NCBI GenBank assembly: GCA_965153285.1
Contig: OZ229115.1
DNA from: Podarcis tiliguerta
Lineage: Eukaryota
Length of the DNA stretch: 64,000 nt
Strand: one strand, 5' to 3'
Part shown: piece after piece, positions 62,513 through 64,000 of the stretch
Numbering within the stretch: the first letter of the stretch is position 1
Layout: the number at the start of each line of letters is the position of its first letter
Position numbers and translations under genes: made by a program
Notes under the pieces: model-generated
What the model was told of the DNA's origin: nothing
The model's database searches: none
The model's input: only the letters and a program-made list of their open reading frames with translations

Positions 62513-63633
62513 CTGAATAAAGACAATAGAGATAATTTGAATTGAATGGATGACTGACTCCTAAATATCACCAGAGAACCTGCTGGCAGGTGTCTGGGTG
62601 GGCTATGAGCCTAGTGCCACCCCCCCCCCCGATTAACAATAAATGGATTTGAGAAACTTGTCTTAAAAGGCAAAATTGTTCTTAGTAAAGTGTTTGGGAA
62701 CCATTGAGTTTGACAGTTTTGAAAGATTCAAAACATTTTAATTTTAGTTTGCAAAATTCAGCAACCTCTTATCATTCATATGACAACAAACAATGTCCTG
62801 GGTTTACTTTGTTTTTAATTAATGCAGCAGTACCAATGCATTTATCTTAAAATCTTTAACAAAAATTAGATAAATATAAATAAATAAATAAATAAATAAT
62901 AGAAGCTTTCTATCACTGGAAGATGTCCAACTACAGATGCCTACTGTCATTTCTTCTAACTACACTGTGAAACAAATGAAGTATAAAATTAGCAGTAGTC
63001 CACTGAAATCACTTGCAATGCAATTGGTGCAGTACCATCAGAAATACACATTAAGCACACTAAAGGAATGTTGCTTCAGTGCAGTGATGATCCATCACCG
63101 CACCTGCTTAAATCCAACTCCTCCATCCAATTTTATTGTGTGTTTAAGCACGGGAATCATCTCATCAGCAATTCTTAATTTAGGGTTGATTCACACAAAA
63201 TGTTTTTGCAACAATGTAATCACAATGCTCAAGTAAGGCTGGTAATTATGAATCCAAAATCACTAAGCCACCATTGCATCAAGCACAGCTTCCATTGGAG
63301 GAGGGGAGCAGAAACCCTCACCAAATTTCTGGATTTCCTTAGCTCATGAAGATAGCAAACAGAATCCCAGCTTTGGGAACTTCCAAAGCCAATTGTGCAA
63401 GCCAGTTTTTATGCATATTTAAGATGACACTGTCTTTCAACAACTAAATTACACTGTCTTTCAAAAATGAAATTCATTAAAAGTAATGTGTGTAATTAAT
63501 TACGGACATCCATGAACTCCATGCGATTATCCTCTTAATTTTTAATTACATTCATGGATACTTCTGACAGCTCCATCTCAGAAAAGGGAAACAATGTGCG
63601 GAAGGTTGCGGCAGAAAAACGGGGAATACTCAC

Positions 63634-64000
63634 GTGAGTTTGTCGATGGCGTTGTAGAAGTCACAGGAGTCAAATTTAACTGAGAGATGTCAAAGTCATC
63701 ACAATCATCTGCTTCCTGTGCCATCCCAACTTTGTTAAAGTAACTGGAGAAGGCCTCTGAGGTACAACTGAGGGAAGGCTGATCTGGTTTTCGTGATGGC
63801 ACTGGCGGAGGCTGAGCCATCTGGAAATCTTTGAACATTTCTTTTCCTGCTTGCTGCCTAGGCCTATCTGTCTGCGGACTGGATCTGGTGGAATCGCTTG
63901 TAGGTGGAACGGTAGCAATGGGAGCAACGGTACCTTGAAACATGGCTGCTTGTAAAGGCAATACAGTTTGTGTTGGCATGAAGGCAGCAGGCTGAAACTG
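63634..64000 (-). CDS. DAB1: Disabled-1, large C-terminal-region exon (5' part outside window)
   Basis: [81 protein letters not shown]; donor TCA C|gtgagt. Confidence 0.98.

Overview
Vertebrate nuclear DNA from a squamate reptile. The Sauria-type SINEs suggest a lacertid lizard (inference). The window holds three genes in the order known from the mammalian C8A-C8B-DAB1 locus. (1) The last two coding exons of complement C8A (+). (2) The complete 12-exon complement C8B gene (-): ATG at 40753, TAG at 11333-11335, 1764-nt CDS = 587 aa, all introns GT-AG with matching phases. (3) The last three coding exons plus the ~3.4-kb terminal exon of DAB1 (-). Introns carry Sauria SINEs, other tRNA-derived SINEs, CR1/L2/L1 fragments, hAT, Tigger-like and Tc2-like MITEs, and microsatellites. 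Three observations stand out. First, the nominally non-coding terminal DAB1 exon opens with an in-frame peptide, EREPLYAQINRPKK*, an EPIYA-like phosphotyrosine motif reachable by exon skipping, an internal GTAAGT donor, or stop-codon readthrough. Second, C8B has lost two Cys, probably one disulfide pair, in its C-terminal TSP1 domain. Third, a Tc2-like MITE family has shared ends wrapped around different ~110-120-bp double-hairpin tandem arrays. Most ORFs in the supplied track are spurious. No prokaryotic-type system (CRISPR, operon) is present.
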